DNA from: Longimicrobiales bacterium
Lineage (GTDB): Bacteria > Gemmatimonadota > Gemmatimonadetes > Longimicrobiales > Gaopeijiaceae
DNA length: 64,000 nt
Assembly: GCA_041690395.1 (NCBI GenBank)
Contig: JAWLHJ010000007.1
Coordinates: 1 to 64,000 of the forward strand
Reading direction: 5' to 3'
Under the pieces are notes generated by a model. That model worked only from the letters and a program-made list of their open reading frames with translations. It was not told the DNA's origin and made no database searches. Of this stretch, positions 8,163 to 17,935 are shown piece after piece. A program made the translations under genes and the position numbers. The number at the start of each line of letters is the position of its first letter. The stretch's first letter is position 1.

Positions 8163-10057
8163 GTCACCGTCGCGCCGAAGTCGAGGTTGCCCGTCTGCCG
8201 CGTTCCGTCGCGCCCGAACGCCTCCAGGAACCGGTCGATGCGTTCACACGCCACCTCCCAGTCGTGGTTGCCGAGGTTGAGGTTGAGGAGGTCGATGTAC
8301 CAGGGCGGCTTCACGTCGCTCGCGAGGTACGCCTCGACGATGGCCCGCGCGATGGGCAGGGTGGTCGTCTTCGAGTCGTCATGCACGTCACGGTCGCGCG
8401 CGGTCAGCAGCTTCCGGTACTCCTCGTCCATCAGACGGTCGAAGAGCTCGCGCATGAACGGGTCGCCGGCCCGGACTCCGACCTCGGCGTCGCCCTCCGT
8501 GAGGCGCGCCCCCTTGTGGAGCCATTCCCAGAGGATGGACAGCCGGATCTCCCCGGTGGCCATGTCCTCCATGAGGTAGAGGATGTCGTCGTTGCCGAAG
8601 AAGTCGGCGGGCTTGAGCGCGGCCGCCTGATAGCCCCGTCCGAAGGCGTTGCCGTACTGCAGCGCCACCGACAGGAGATCCCTCGCCCCCGCCACCGTCC
8701 GCGGGGCGGGCTCGAGAAGCGTCAGCGCCGCCGCGTCGTCGGGCGTGTGGGTCAGGGGTGCGAAGTCGCGGCCCATCTGGTTGGCCTGGCCCACCCGCTC
8801 CCAAACCGGCCGGACGATGTGGACCATCTTCCAGTGCGCGACCCATTTCCCGCTGGCGCCCTCGCGCTGCTCCCGCTCGGCACCCGCGACCGCCTTCTTC
8901 ATGCTTGCGGTCACGCCTTCCGCTGAGCCCACGGGGATGTTCGGCTCCATGCCGCCCTGCCAGAGCGCGTGGAGGCCGTTCCGGTCCGGCGTATTCACCG
9001 CGCGGCGCACCCGGTCCTCGTAGACGCGCATGTACCCGTAGGTCATGCCGATGGCGTCGATGTTCGGGTTGATGAACGCCGGGTCCCAGGCCATCGCGTC
9101 GGACACGCTGTTGATGTAGTCCCACCGGCCCGTGTTGAAGCCCACGAACCGTGGCGCGAGGGCGGCGCGGATCTCCATGAGCTGGTAGGAGGCCTCGAGC
9201 TGCTCCACGAGCACGTAGCAGCGGATGGTGCCCGAGGGGAGGCCGATATGCTCCTCGAGGGCGCCGAGCATCTCGTTCCAGAGCGCCGCTTCCTCCGCGG
9301 TCTGGATCTTCGGGAGGTAGAGCACGACGGAGCGTCCCTCGGAGCGGAGCCGTTGGTGGTTGCCGACCACGTACAGCACCAGGTCCACGATCGATGCGGA
9401 GAACCCCGTGCCGTCCCGCTCCCGCACGTGCCGGTCGTCCAGGTGCAGCCCACGGGCGCGGAAGATCCGGGTCGTGAAGGCGAGCTGCTCACGCCAGTCG
9501 GCGATGATCTCGCGACCGAAGAAGTCCATGGCCCATGCGTTCATCTCGCGGGCCACCGCCTCGGTGACGTCCATGAACGCGGGGTCGGAGGCGAACGCGA
9601 GCTTCAGGTTGCGCTGGTTGTCGAGCGACATCGTGTCGACCTGGCCGAGCGCGTCCTCCCCGTCGAACATCCACCCGTCGGCGCCGGAGAGCAGCGCATA
9701 CGCCACGTTGCGGAGGCCCTGTTCGGCCGACGCGCGGGGCCGTGTGGCGGGACCTGTCCCCTGGATCCACTGGCGCTGTAGATCCGGAGGGATGTCTCCA
9801 CCGTCGAAGTTCCCCGCGCGGGCGTCGGAAACGCGGACGTCCGTGCGCGGGATGAGCTCGTCGGGGGCGAGGAAGTCGATGCGCGTCCCCGTGCGGGCTC
9901 GTTCGGCGCGCCGGCGCGTACGCCGGGCCATGACGTCGAGGCGGTCGCGGTTCAACGGCGCGAGGGCCTCGAGGGCCGCGACGGCGTCGGTGGTGAAGAG
10001 GTCCGGGTAGCGCTCCCTCACGCCCGGTCTGTATTCCAACGTCTCATTTCCCTTCAT
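8159..10057 (-). CDS. malate synthase
   Basis: WMFDGEDA, LYLPKIQ, GFNTGRWDYINS, GASGKWVAH, LMEDMATGEIR; start MKGNET overlaps the upstream stop (ATGA). Confidence 0.9.
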   Translation of the reverse strand: MKGNETLEYRPGVRERYPDLFTTDAVAALEALAPLNRDRLDVMARRTRRRAERARTGTRIDFLAPDELIPRTDVRVSDARAGNFDGGDIPPDLQRQWIQGTGPATRPRASAEQGLRNVAYALLSGADGWMFDGEDALGQVDTMSLDNQRNLKLAFASDPAFMDVTEAVAREMNAWAMDFFGREIIADWREQLAFTTRIFRARGLHLDDRHVRERDGTGFSASIVDLVLYVVGNHQRLRSEGRSVVLYLPKIQTAEEAALWNEMLGALEEHIGLPSGTIRCYVLVEQLEASYQLMEIRAALAPRFVGFNTGRWDYINSVSDAMAWDPAFINPNIDAIGMTYGYMRVYEDRVRRAVNTPDRNGLHALWQGGMEPNIPVGSAEGVTASMKKAVAGAEREQREGASGKWVAHWKMVHIVRPVWERVGQANQMGRDFAPLTHTPDDAAALTLLEPAPRTVAGARDLLSVALQYGNAFGRGYQAAALKPADFFGNDDILYLMEDMATGEIRLSILWEWLHKGARLTEGDAEVGVRAGDPFMRELFDRLMDEEYRKLLTARDRDVHDDSKTTTLPIARAIVEAYLASDVKPPWYIDLLNLNLGNHDWEVACERIDRFLEAFGRDGTRQTGNLDFGATVT

Positions 10058-11166
10058 GTCTCGCGCGTCCCCCTCAGCGCCTGGTCGAGGTCGTCCCAGA
10101 TGTCCTCCACGTCCTCGCACCCGACGCTGAAGCGGATGAGGGACGGAGGGATCCGCTCCTGGCCTTCGATGACGGCGCGCCGCTCCATGGTCGACTCGAC
10201 GCCGCCCAGGCTCGTGGCGTGGTGGATCAGCTCGAGTCGCGCGCACACGTCGCTGGCCCGTTCCCCGGGGCCGGTCGGGTCGAAGGAGATCAGCGCTCCG
10301 AAGTCCTTCATGAACGAGGCGGCCGCTCGGTGGGTCGGGTGGGTCTCCAGCCCGGGATAGCGGACCAACGCCACCTCGGGATGGGCCTCCAGCCGCCGGG
10401 CCAGCTCGCGTGCGTTGTCCTGGGCCCGCTCCATGCGCAACGAGAGCGTTCGGATGCCCCGGATGGTGAGGAACGCCTCCATGCCCCCGATGGTGCCTCC
10501 GTACAGAAGGCGCCGGCGGTGGAACTCTTCGTGGAGCTCCGGGTCGCGGGTGACGAGCACCCCGGCCAGGAGGTCCGAATGGCCCCCCATGAACTTGGTG
10601 GCCGAGTGCATGACGACGTCGGCGCCGTAGTCCAGCGGCTGCTGGTTCAGGGGGGTGGCGAAGGTGCTGTCCACCGCCACGAGGGCGCCTTCCTTGCGGG
10701 GGGCGCCGCAGATGGCCGGGAGATCGGCGACGGCGATCAGCGGGTTGGACGGTGACTCGATCCAGAGCAGGTCCGCCGTCCGCGCCGCCTCGACCCAGGC
10801 CTCCGTGTCCGCCGGGTCCAGTCGGGTGGCCCGCCAACGTCCCTGGGTCACCCCCTCGTCGATGAGCCCTTCGACACCGTGGTAGGGGTCCGAGGGCACC
10901 ACCACGTGCGCGCCCGTCGGAAGCCGATGCAGGACCGCCGCCGCGGCCGCCATTCCCGAGGAGAACACGAGGGCCCGGCCGCCGTCCAATCCGCCCACGA
11001 CCTCCTCGAGCGCCAGGCTCGTGGCGGTGCCGTCCGACCGGGAATAGACCCGCTCGGTCGGGAGGTAGTAGTTGGACGCGAACTCGGGGGGGACGTTGAG
11101 GGGCTCGCCCGGCGCGCGGGTGCGTCCGCTGGCCACGACCCACGTGGCCCGATTCCTGTCGTGCAT
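10054..11166 (-). CDS. PLP-dependent trans-sulfuration enzyme (cystathionine gamma-synthase/lyase family)
   Basis: FSSGMAA, ESPSNP, DSTFATP, HSATKFMGGHSD, TSLGGVES, RFSVGCE; start ATG 11166. Confidence 0.92.
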   Translation of the reverse strand: MHDRNRATWVVASGRTRAPGEPLNVPPEFASNYYLPTERVYSRSDGTATSLALEEVVGGLDGGRALVFSSGMAAAAAVLHRLPTGAHVVVPSDPYHGVEGLIDEGVTQGRWRATRLDPADTEAWVEAARTADLLWIESPSNPLIAVADLPAICGAPRKEGALVAVDSTFATPLNQQPLDYGADVVMHSATKFMGGHSDLLAGVLVTRDPELHEEFHRRRLLYGGTIGGMEAFLTIRGIRTLSLRMERAQDNARELARRLEAHPEVALVRYPGLETHPTHRAAASFMKDFGALISFDPTGPGERASDVCARLELIHHATSLGGVESTMERRAVIEGQERIPPSLIRFSVGCEDVEDIWDDLDQALRGTRET

Positions 11167-11349
11167 GTTCCTCTCTAGATGGATGGACGGAAACGCACGA
11201 TAGGGTAGGGGCCCGGGTCCCCGAGAGCGAGGGGTGGCGACGTCGACCCTCGCCGAATCGACGTTTCCGTCCCAAGTTGCCCGGGCGTTGGTGACGCGAC
11301 CGGCGTTCGCCCGACCCGGCAGCCGCATTTCCATGAAAGGGATACGTCC

Positions 11350-13914
11350 ATGATCCGTGCACCGCTTCCCCGTCCGATCGTCTCGGCTCTCGCGCTCGTC
11401 CTCACCGTCTTCCTCCTCCCGAGCCCGACCCTCGCGCAGGGCTCCGGCTCTGGAGCGGATGACGCCCTTCCTTCCATCGCCGACAAGACGGCGGGCATGG
11501 AGCGGATGGACGGGATGCTCCCGCTCTACTGGGACGCGGACCTGGGCCAGCTCTGGATGGAGATCCCGGAGCTCGACACCGAGATGATCCACTACGTGGG
11601 ATACGGGGCTGGTCTGGGGTCGAACGACCTGGGTCTCGACCGCGGGGCGCTCCGCGGATCGCGCATCGTCGAGTTCGAGCGGGTCGGGCGGAAGATCCTC
11701 ATGGTCCAGCCGAACTACGACTTCCGGGCGAGCAGCGACAATCCGGACGAGGTGCGGGCCGTGCGGGAGGCGTTCGCGCGTTCGGTGCTGTGGGGCTTCA
11801 CCGCCGCCGCGGAGACCGACGGGCGGGTGCTTGTCGATATGACCGACTTCCTCATCCGTGATCCCATCGGCGCGGGCGACCGGATGCGGCCCGGGACGTA
11901 CCGGCTCGACGACAGCCGCAGCACGATCTACACGGACTACACCGGCTCGTATCCCGAGAACACGGAGATGGAGGTCGAGCTTACCTTCGTGCAGCAGGGC
12001 GGTGGGGGCGGCGGGGGCTTCGGCGGCGGTGACTTCGAGGGTGTCGGGCAGGTGGCGGCGACCGGTGAGGCCGCGAGCATCCGCATCCACCACTCCTTCG
12101 TGGCGCTGCCCGACGACGGCTACGAGCCACGCGCTTTCGACGCCCGGGCCGGCTTCGGATCCGTATCGTACCAGGACTACGCGGTCGGCCTCGGGGAGGA
12201 CATGACCCAGCGGTTCATCCGCCGTCACCGTCTCGTGAAGCGCGACCCGGGCGCCGCCGTCAGCGAGCCGGTCGAACCGATCATCTATTACCTCGACCCG
12301 GGGACGCCCGAGCCCGTGCGCTCCGCGCTCCTCGACGGGGCCCGTTGGTGGGACCAGGCCTTCGAGGCCGCCGGATTCCGGAACGCGTTCCAGGTCGTCA
12401 TGCGGCCGGACTCCATCAGCCCGCTCGACGCGCGCTACAACGTGATCAACTGGGTGCACCGCTCCACGCGTGGCTGGTCGACGGGTGGCTCCGTCACCGA
12501 CCCGCGCACGGGTGAGATCATCAAGGGCGTGGTGACACTCGGATCGCTGCGTATCCGGCAGGATTACATGATCGCCGAGGGGCTGCTGTCGCCGTACGCG
12601 ACCGGCGACGAGACGCCGCCGGAGCTCGCCGAGTGGGCGGTCGCCCGCATCCGCCAGCTCTCGGCGCACGAGGTCGGTCATACCATCGGGCTCGGACACA
12701 ACTACTACAACAGCGAGGCGGGCCGGATCTCGGTGATGGACTATCCGCACCCGCTCGTCGAGCTCAACGCCGACGGCTCGCTCGACCATTCGCAGGTCTA
12801 CGACGCCGATATCGGGGAGTGGGACAAGGTCGCCATCACCTATGGATACGCGCAGTTCCCGGAAGGCACGGACGAGTCGGCCGAGCTCCGTCGCATTCTC
12901 GACGAGGCGTGGGAGGACGACGTCCGCTACATGAGCAACCAGGACATCCAGACGACCCCCCAGGCCGACCAGTGGGCCAACGGCACCGACATGGCGGCGG
13001 AGCTGGAGCGCATGATGGACGTGCGCGCCGCAGCGCTGTCCCGGTTCGGCGTGAACGCGATCCAGAACGGCCGCCCCATGGCGACGATCGAGGAGGTGCT
13101 CGTTCCGCTGTACCTGCACCACCGCTACCAGACCGAGTCCACGGCCACCGCGGTCGGTGGTGTGGCGTACACCTACGCCATGCGCGGGGACGGCCTGACC
13201 CCTATGTGGCGGGTTCCGGCAGACCAGCAGAACCGAGCCCTGGACGCACTCATGCGGACGCTCGCGCCGTCCGAGCTCACCCTTCCGGTCTCGGTGGTCG
13301 AGGCGATCCCGCCGCGTCCTCCGGGCTGGGGTCGCACGCGCGAGCTCTTCCCGAGTTACACCGGGTCGGCCTTCGGGGCCGTGGTCCCGGCCGTCGTCGC
13401 AGCGAGCCACACCGTGAGCGCGCTGCTCACGCCGGACCGCGCCGCGCGCATGATCGAGCAGAAGGTCTTCGACCCATCGCTACCAGGGCTCGACGACGTG
13501 CTCGATCGGCTCGTCGACGCGTCCTTCGGCGCGACGACGAACGGTGCCTATGAGGCCGAGGTCAAGCGGGCCGTCGAAGGGGTTGTCGTCGAGCGCATTC
13601 AGTGGCTCGCGGCCAACGCGGATATGCCGCACGTCCGGGCCATCGCGACCTCGACCCTGAGTGGCCTCCGGAACGTCCTCATGGCGATGAGCGATGCGCC
13701 GCACGCCACCATGCTCGCCATGGATATCGAGCGGTTCCTCGAGCGCCCGGCCGCGCCGGCCACGATGCCGGGCATGCCGAGCGCGCCTCCCGGAGCGCCG
13801 ATCGGCCAGCCCGCGATGAATTGGCTGGGCTCGCTCGGCATCGGGCAGCCAGCCATGGATTGGCTGTACCGGACCGAGCCGCTCTGCACGTGGGAGGAGC
13901 ACGGCTGGCACTAG
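11350..13914 (+). CDS. secreted zinc-dependent metalloprotease (metzincin, EcxA/DUF5117-DUF4953-like)
   Basis: Signal peptide; HEVGHTIGLGH zinc motif; Met-turn SVMDY. Confidence 0.9.
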   Translation: MIRAPLPRPIVSALALVLTVFLLPSPTLAQGSGSGADDALPSIADKTAGMERMDGMLPLYWDADLGQLWMEIPELDTEMIHYVGYGAGLGSNDLGLDRGALRGSRIVEFERVGRKILMVQPNYDFRASSDNPDEVRAVREAFARSVLWGFTAAAETDGRVLVDMTDFLIRDPIGAGDRMRPGTYRLDDSRSTIYTDYTGSYPENTEMEVELTFVQQGGGGGGGFGGGDFEGVGQVAATGEAASIRIHHSFVALPDDGYEPRAFDARAGFGSVSYQDYAVGLGEDMTQRFIRRHRLVKRDPGAAVSEPVEPIIYYLDPGTPEPVRSALLDGARWWDQAFEAAGFRNAFQVVMRPDSISPLDARYNVINWVHRSTRGWSTGGSVTDPRTGEIIKGVVTLGSLRIRQDYMIAEGLLSPYATGDETPPELAEWAVARIRQLSAHEVGHTIGLGHNYYNSEAGRISVMDYPHPLVELNADGSLDHSQVYDADIGEWDKVAITYGYAQFPEGTDESAELRRILDEAWEDDVRYMSNQDIQTTPQADQWANGTDMAAELERMMDVRAAALSRFGVNAIQNGRPMATIEEVLVPLYLHHRYQTESTATAVGGVAYTYAMRGDGLTPMWRVPADQQNRALDALMRTLAPSELTLPVSVVEAIPPRPPGWGRTRELFPSYTGSAFGAVVPAVVAASHTVSALLTPDRAARMIEQKVFDPSLPGLDDVLDRLVDASFGATTNGAYEAEVKRAVEGVVVERIQWLAANADMPHVRAIATSTLSGLRNVLMAMSDAPHATMLAMDIERFLERPAAPATMPGMPSAPPGAPIGQPAMNWLGSLGIGQPAMDWLYRTEPLCTWEEHGWH

Positions 13915-15191
13915 CCGGAGTGGGCCGCTTTCGACGGCAGGGTCTCCGGCATCCGGAACCAGACGACCAGCGTCGACAGGAAGACCAGAACGCCGACCGC
14001 GGCGGTAGCCGGGGCGATGCCCAGTCGGTCGGCGAGCACGCCGGCGAAGATCGCGCCGAAGGCATAGCCCGAGTCGCGCCAGAGTCGGTATACCCCGACC
14101 GCGGAGCCGCGCCAGGTCGGGTGCGCGACGTCGGCCACCGCCGCCAGTAGGGTCGGATAGGCCATCGCCGTGCCCGCGCCGAGGAGGGCGCTCGCGGCGA
14201 ACCAGGGCCAGAACGAGGACATGCCGGCTACCATGAAAAGGGCGGTGGCCTGGACCACCATGCCGCCCGCGATGAGGGGCTTGCGGCCCCAGCGGTCGGA
14301 CAAGCCACCGGTCCATAGCTGCAGCACGCCCCACGCCGCCGGGTAGATGAACGTCAGGATGCCGATCTGACCCATGGTCAGGCCTCCGGCAGCGAAGAGG
14401 AGGGGGAAGAGCCCCCAGGCCAGCCCGTCGTTGAAGTTGGTCACCAGCCCGGCCTGGCTCGCGCTGAAGAGAGCGGGATGCTTCCAGCTCGCCATGGCGA
14501 AGATTTGACGGGTCGTGAGCAGTCCGGCGAGCTCCGGATCGGCGTCGTCCTGGACGTGATCCCGAGCGTGTTCCTCGGCCTCCAGCGTCGCGTGATGGGC
14601 GGTCTCGCGAACGAAGAGGAGCGTGAGGCCGAGGCCCAACGCCACGAACGCGATCCCCAGATAGAAAGGCTCCGGCCGGAGCCCGTACGCCTCCGCCACG
14701 TATCCGGTGGCCAGGGCGGACAAGGCGACCGCCAGATATCCCGCGAACTCGTTCAGGCCCATGGCCAGGCCGCGCGCCTTCGGACCCACGAGGTCGATCT
14801 TCATGATGACCGTCGTGGACCAGGCCAACCCCTGGTTGATGCCCAGGAGCACGTTGGCGAAGACGATCCACGACCACGACGGGGCCCACATGAGCAGGAA
14901 GGGAACGGGGATGCCGAAGAGCCACCCGGCTACCAGAACCCACTTCCGGCCGAAGACGTCCCCGAGGCGGCCGGCGAAGAAGTTCGTGGCCGCCTTCACG
15001 AAGCCGAACGTGACGATGAAGGAGAGGATGGCGCTCCGCGCCACGAGGCCGAACTCCTCTTCCGCCATCAGGGGGAGCACGGTGCGCTCGAGGCCCACCA
15101 TGGCGCCCACGAACCCGTTCACCAGGACGAGCAGCCAGAACTGCCTCCAGTTCTCCCGCAGGCCGAGGCGGACGGGTCCGGCCCCGCTCAT
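13911..15191 (-). CDS. MFS transporter
   Basis: About 12 hydrophobic segments; motif A GRLGDVFGRK and GGLSDRWGRK; start coupled to the ArsR stop (ATGA). Confidence 0.9.
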   Translation of the reverse strand: MSGAGPVRLGLRENWRQFWLLVLVNGFVGAMVGLERTVLPLMAEEEFGLVARSAILSFIVTFGFVKAATNFFAGRLGDVFGRKWVLVAGWLFGIPVPFLLMWAPSWSWIVFANVLLGINQGLAWSTTVIMKIDLVGPKARGLAMGLNEFAGYLAVALSALATGYVAEAYGLRPEPFYLGIAFVALGLGLTLLFVRETAHHATLEAEEHARDHVQDDADPELAGLLTTRQIFAMASWKHPALFSASQAGLVTNFNDGLAWGLFPLLFAAGGLTMGQIGILTFIYPAAWGVLQLWTGGLSDRWGRKPLIAGGMVVQATALFMVAGMSSFWPWFAASALLGAGTAMAYPTLLAAVADVAHPTWRGSAVGVYRLWRDSGYAFGAIFAGVLADRLGIAPATAAVGVLVFLSTLVVWFRMPETLPSKAAHSG

Positions 15192-15841
15192 CGATGCACC
15201 GGAAACCCCAGTGACGCCCATTCCTGGACGCCCTCCTCCATCCGGAAGGCCTCGAAGCCCTCGGCCCGGAGGCACTCGACGGCCTGACGCGAATAGAGAC
15301 AGTAGGGCCCACGGCAATACGCGACCACCTGTCGGTCCCGGGGGATCTCCGACAGGCGTCGCTCGAGCTCGTCGATGGGCATGGACACGGCACCCGCGAC
15401 ATGGGCGGACGCGTACTCGTCGGGTGGACGGACGTCGAGCAGCACGACGTCACCCTCGGCGAGACGCGCGCGAAGCGTGGCCGCGTCGACGGCCTCGAGA
15501 GCGTCCGGATCGTCGTAGTAGTCCCGCACGACTTCCCTGACCTCGGCCAGGTGGTCGAAGGCGACGTCCTGGAGGGTGCGGATGAGGTCGTGCACGGAAG
15601 GGCTCGCCAGACGATACAGGACGCTCTGCCCGTCGCGTCGTGTGCGCACCAGGGAGGTCGCGCGAAGCTCGCGGAGGTGGTTGCTGGTGTTCGTGACCGA
15701 GAGTTTCGCCTGGGCGGCCAGGGTCTCCACCGCTTTCTCACCCTGGGCCAGGAGGTCGAGGAGCACGAGCCGCGACGGGCTGGCGAGCACCTTACCGACG
15801 CGGGCGAACTGGGCGAAGAGGGTGGTCTTGGGATCGGGCAT
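15188..15841 (-). CDS. ArsR/SmtB regulator fused to a rhodanese domain
   Basis: N-terminal wHTH (LASPSRLVLL...SNHLRELR); C-terminal LDVRP..EY..AHVAGA and YCRGPYC. Confidence 0.92.
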   Translation of the reverse strand: MPDPKTTLFAQFARVGKVLASPSRLVLLDLLAQGEKAVETLAAQAKLSVTNTSNHLRELRATSLVRTRRDGQSVLYRLASPSVHDLIRTLQDVAFDHLAEVREVVRDYYDDPDALEAVDAATLRARLAEGDVVLLDVRPPDEYASAHVAGAVSMPIDELERRLSEIPRDRQVVAYCRGPYCLYSRQAVECLRAEGFEAFRMEEGVQEWASLGFPVHR

Positions 15842-15865
15842 TCGACTCGAACCTATTTACATTGA

Positions 15866-15881
15866 TTCAGCAAGTGCTGAA
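15866..15881. promoter_or_regulatory. inverted repeat, putative ArsR operator
   Basis: ttcagca-ag-tgctgaa in the AT-rich divergent intergenic region, 25 nt upstream of the ArsR start. Confidence 0.6.
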
Positions 15882-15939
15882 GTATACTCCGGAGGTCGCT
15901 CTGGTAAAGAGGCCCTCGAACCCGAACCACGTGCGATGA

Positions 15940-16430
15940 ATGTCGAGTCCGGAGGCCTACGCCAGCTGGTACCTGCAGCCCCGAGGCGCGTGGATCGGGG
16001 AGCGCGAGTTCCTCCTCCTCCGTCGCCTCCTCGAAGCTCGGTCCGAAGATGCGATCCTGGATGTCGGATGCGGGACGGGGTACTTCACGGGTCGATTCTC
16101 AGAGGAGACCCGGCGCCCCATGGTGGGGCTGGACCCCAATCACGAGTGGCTTCGGTACGCGCGCCACAACGTCCCCTGCGCGAGCTGGGTGGCGGGGACC
16201 GCCGAGGCGCTGCCGTTTCGGGACCGCTCCTGTCGATGGCCGTGACGAGCCTGTGCTTCGTCGAGGAGGACCGGAAACCGTGCAGGAGATCGCCCGCGTC
16301 ACGCGTAGGCGCCTCGTCCTCGGGCTACTCAACAGGAACAGCCTGCTCTGGCGTGAGAAAGGCGAGGATCCCATCGGGGCTCGTACCAGGGGGCCCGGTG
16401 GCATAGCCCGGCGGAGCCTTCGCGCCTCCC
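15940..16430 (+). pseudogene. class I SAM-dependent methyltransferase, multiply frameshifted
   Basis: ILDVGCGTG...AEALPFRDRS in one frame; MAVTSLCFVEE in a second; VQEIARVTRRRLVLGLLNRNSLLW in a third; GSYQGARWHSPAE after a further shift. Confidence 0.75.
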
Positions 16431-16498
16431 TTGGGGGGCGTTCCTGGCCGTGGTGTGCGACCTGCGGGAGTAGGCGAGTGTGGCCTCGGCGGGCGGCG

Positions 16499-16888
16499 TC
16501 ACCTGCCGGTCATGTCCGCGTGCATCCGCCGCATCATGTGCCGCCGATGCTGCTCCAGCCATCCGCGGAACTCCGGCCGCACACCCGGGTCGAGCGACTC
16601 CTCGATCCGACGGTGCGCCGCCTGGGTGGCAGCTCTCAGCGCTTCCGGGCCTTCCGCCGCCGCGGCCATCACGCCGGTGTGAAGTGAGTCCAGGAGGGTA
16701 CGCAAGCGGGCGGCTTCCGCTGGCGAGAGATCGATGTGGTCGGCGAGGGACTCCACGGTGAGGGCGCCTGCGTCGGCGGGGGGCGGCGTGAGGAGCGCAC
16801 GATCCACGACGATGCCCAGGGCCATGCCCGCCACCACCAACAGCGCGCCCGCCCCCGCGGCCCGGGCCTTATCGGTCATCTTCCTCAT
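16499..16888 (-). CDS. small membrane-anchored helical protein (Spy/CpxP/heavy-metal sensor-like)
   Basis: One TM segment, helical L..LSPAEAA.L repeat, His/Met-rich tail; ATGA-coupled to the upstream gene. Confidence 0.6.
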   Translation of the reverse strand: MRKMTDKARAAGAGALLVVAGMALGIVVDRALLTPPPADAGALTVESLADHIDLSPAEAARLRTLLDSLHTGVMAAAAEGPEALRAATQAAHRRIEESLDPGVRPEFRGWLEQHRRHMMRRMHADMTGR

Positions 16889-17337
16889 CGCCGCGCTCCA
16901 TCGAAGGTCAGCCAGGCGAGGACCGGGTCTGCGGGAATCCCGAGCCGGTCCCACAGCAAGGTGGGGTCGCCGTCGGCCGCGATGAGAGCCAGCGCCACGT
17001 CGTCGGTGCCGGGGGTCGGCGGCTCCGCCCCCCGCTCGCCGATCCCGACGGCCAGCAGCGTCGCGACGGCCGCCGCCGCGAGCAGGGCGGTGGCGCCCCA
17101 CCGGTCTCCGAGCTCGGCTGTCCAGGACCTCCCTTGTGACGGTTCCACCGCCCCGGCAGTCGGCTCCGTCCGGGCGGACAGCCCGGGCTCCAGCGCCGTC
17201 ATGACTCGCCGGGCGTACTCGTCCCAGTAGGCGTCGGCGGCCGGGGGTCGACGCTCGGGGAGGTAGCTCGCGGGAATGGGCTCCACGCCGGGATCCCCAG
17301 CTCCATAGCTCGGTCCGTCGTGTTCACGATCGTTCAT
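16885..17337 (-). CDS. putative anti-sigma factor (single TM)
   Basis: Directly downstream of the ECF gene; PP..DAYWDEY..RV motif followed by AAAAVATLLAV TM helix. Confidence 0.6.
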   Translation of the reverse strand: MNDREHDGPSYGAGDPGVEPIPASYLPERRPPAADAYWDEYARRVMTALEPGLSARTEPTAGAVEPSQGRSWTAELGDRWGATALLAAAAVATLLAVGIGERGAEPPTPGTDDVALALIAADGDPTLLWDRLGIPADPVLAWLTFDGARR

Positions 17338-17341
17338 CTGC

Positions 17342-17917
17342 CTATCCTCCGGCTTCGTCCGTCACGTCGGCGTGCGCGGCGAGCGCCGACCGTAGATGTC
17401 TCCGTGCATGGTGCACGTGCGAGCGTACCGTGCCCGGGGAGATCTCCATGATCCTCCCCGCCTCCGCGGCTCCTATCCCCTCCACATCGACCAGCCGGAA
17501 GGCGGTCCTGCGCTGTTCCGGGAGATCTTCCATCGCTCGAGCGAGCCGCACCCGGAACTCCGCATCCTCCGCCATCCGGTCCGGTCGAGCCTCGGTAGCC
17601 TCCGGACCGGGAATGGGGAGCGGCTCGGTGCGGCGCACGCTCTCGGCCTCGATCCGGTTCCGGGCGACGTTCCTCGCGATCTGATAGAGCCAGGGCGCGA
17701 AGGGCCGCCCGGGGTCGTAGCTGTCGATGGCCCGGAGCGCGCGTACGAAGGTGTCCTGGGCCACGTCCTCGATCTCCGCGGCCTCCGACAGGAACGAGGC
17801 GACCACGGCCTGGACGGGCCGGACATACCTCCGAACGAGTCGCTCGAGGGCGATCCGGTCGCCGGCCTGGACCTGCCGCGCCAGGGCCTCGTCCGTCGCA
17901 TCCTCGTCACCCAGCAC
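17342..17917 (-). CDS. ECF RNA polymerase sigma factor
   Basis: EDVAQDTF, FAPWLYQIARN, region 4 ISPGTVRSHVHHAR. Confidence 0.92.
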   Translation of the reverse strand: MLGDEDATDEALARQVQAGDRIALERLVRRYVRPVQAVVASFLSEAAEIEDVAQDTFVRALRAIDSYDPGRPFAPWLYQIARNVARNRIEAESVRRTEPLPIPGPEATEARPDRMAEDAEFRVRLARAMEDLPEQRRTAFRLVDVEGIGAAEAGRIMEISPGTVRSHVHHARRHLRSALAAHADVTDEAGG

Positions 17918-17935
17918 CTACGCCCCGGGTCCGGG

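Noticed and set aside
8159..13410. Very long ORFs 8159-11362 (1067 aa) and 10054-13410 (1118 aa) suggesting fusion proteins
   Set aside because: The N-terminal extensions are off-frame or antisense shadows of neighbouring genes in high-GC DNA; recognisable motifs begin at 10057 and 11166.
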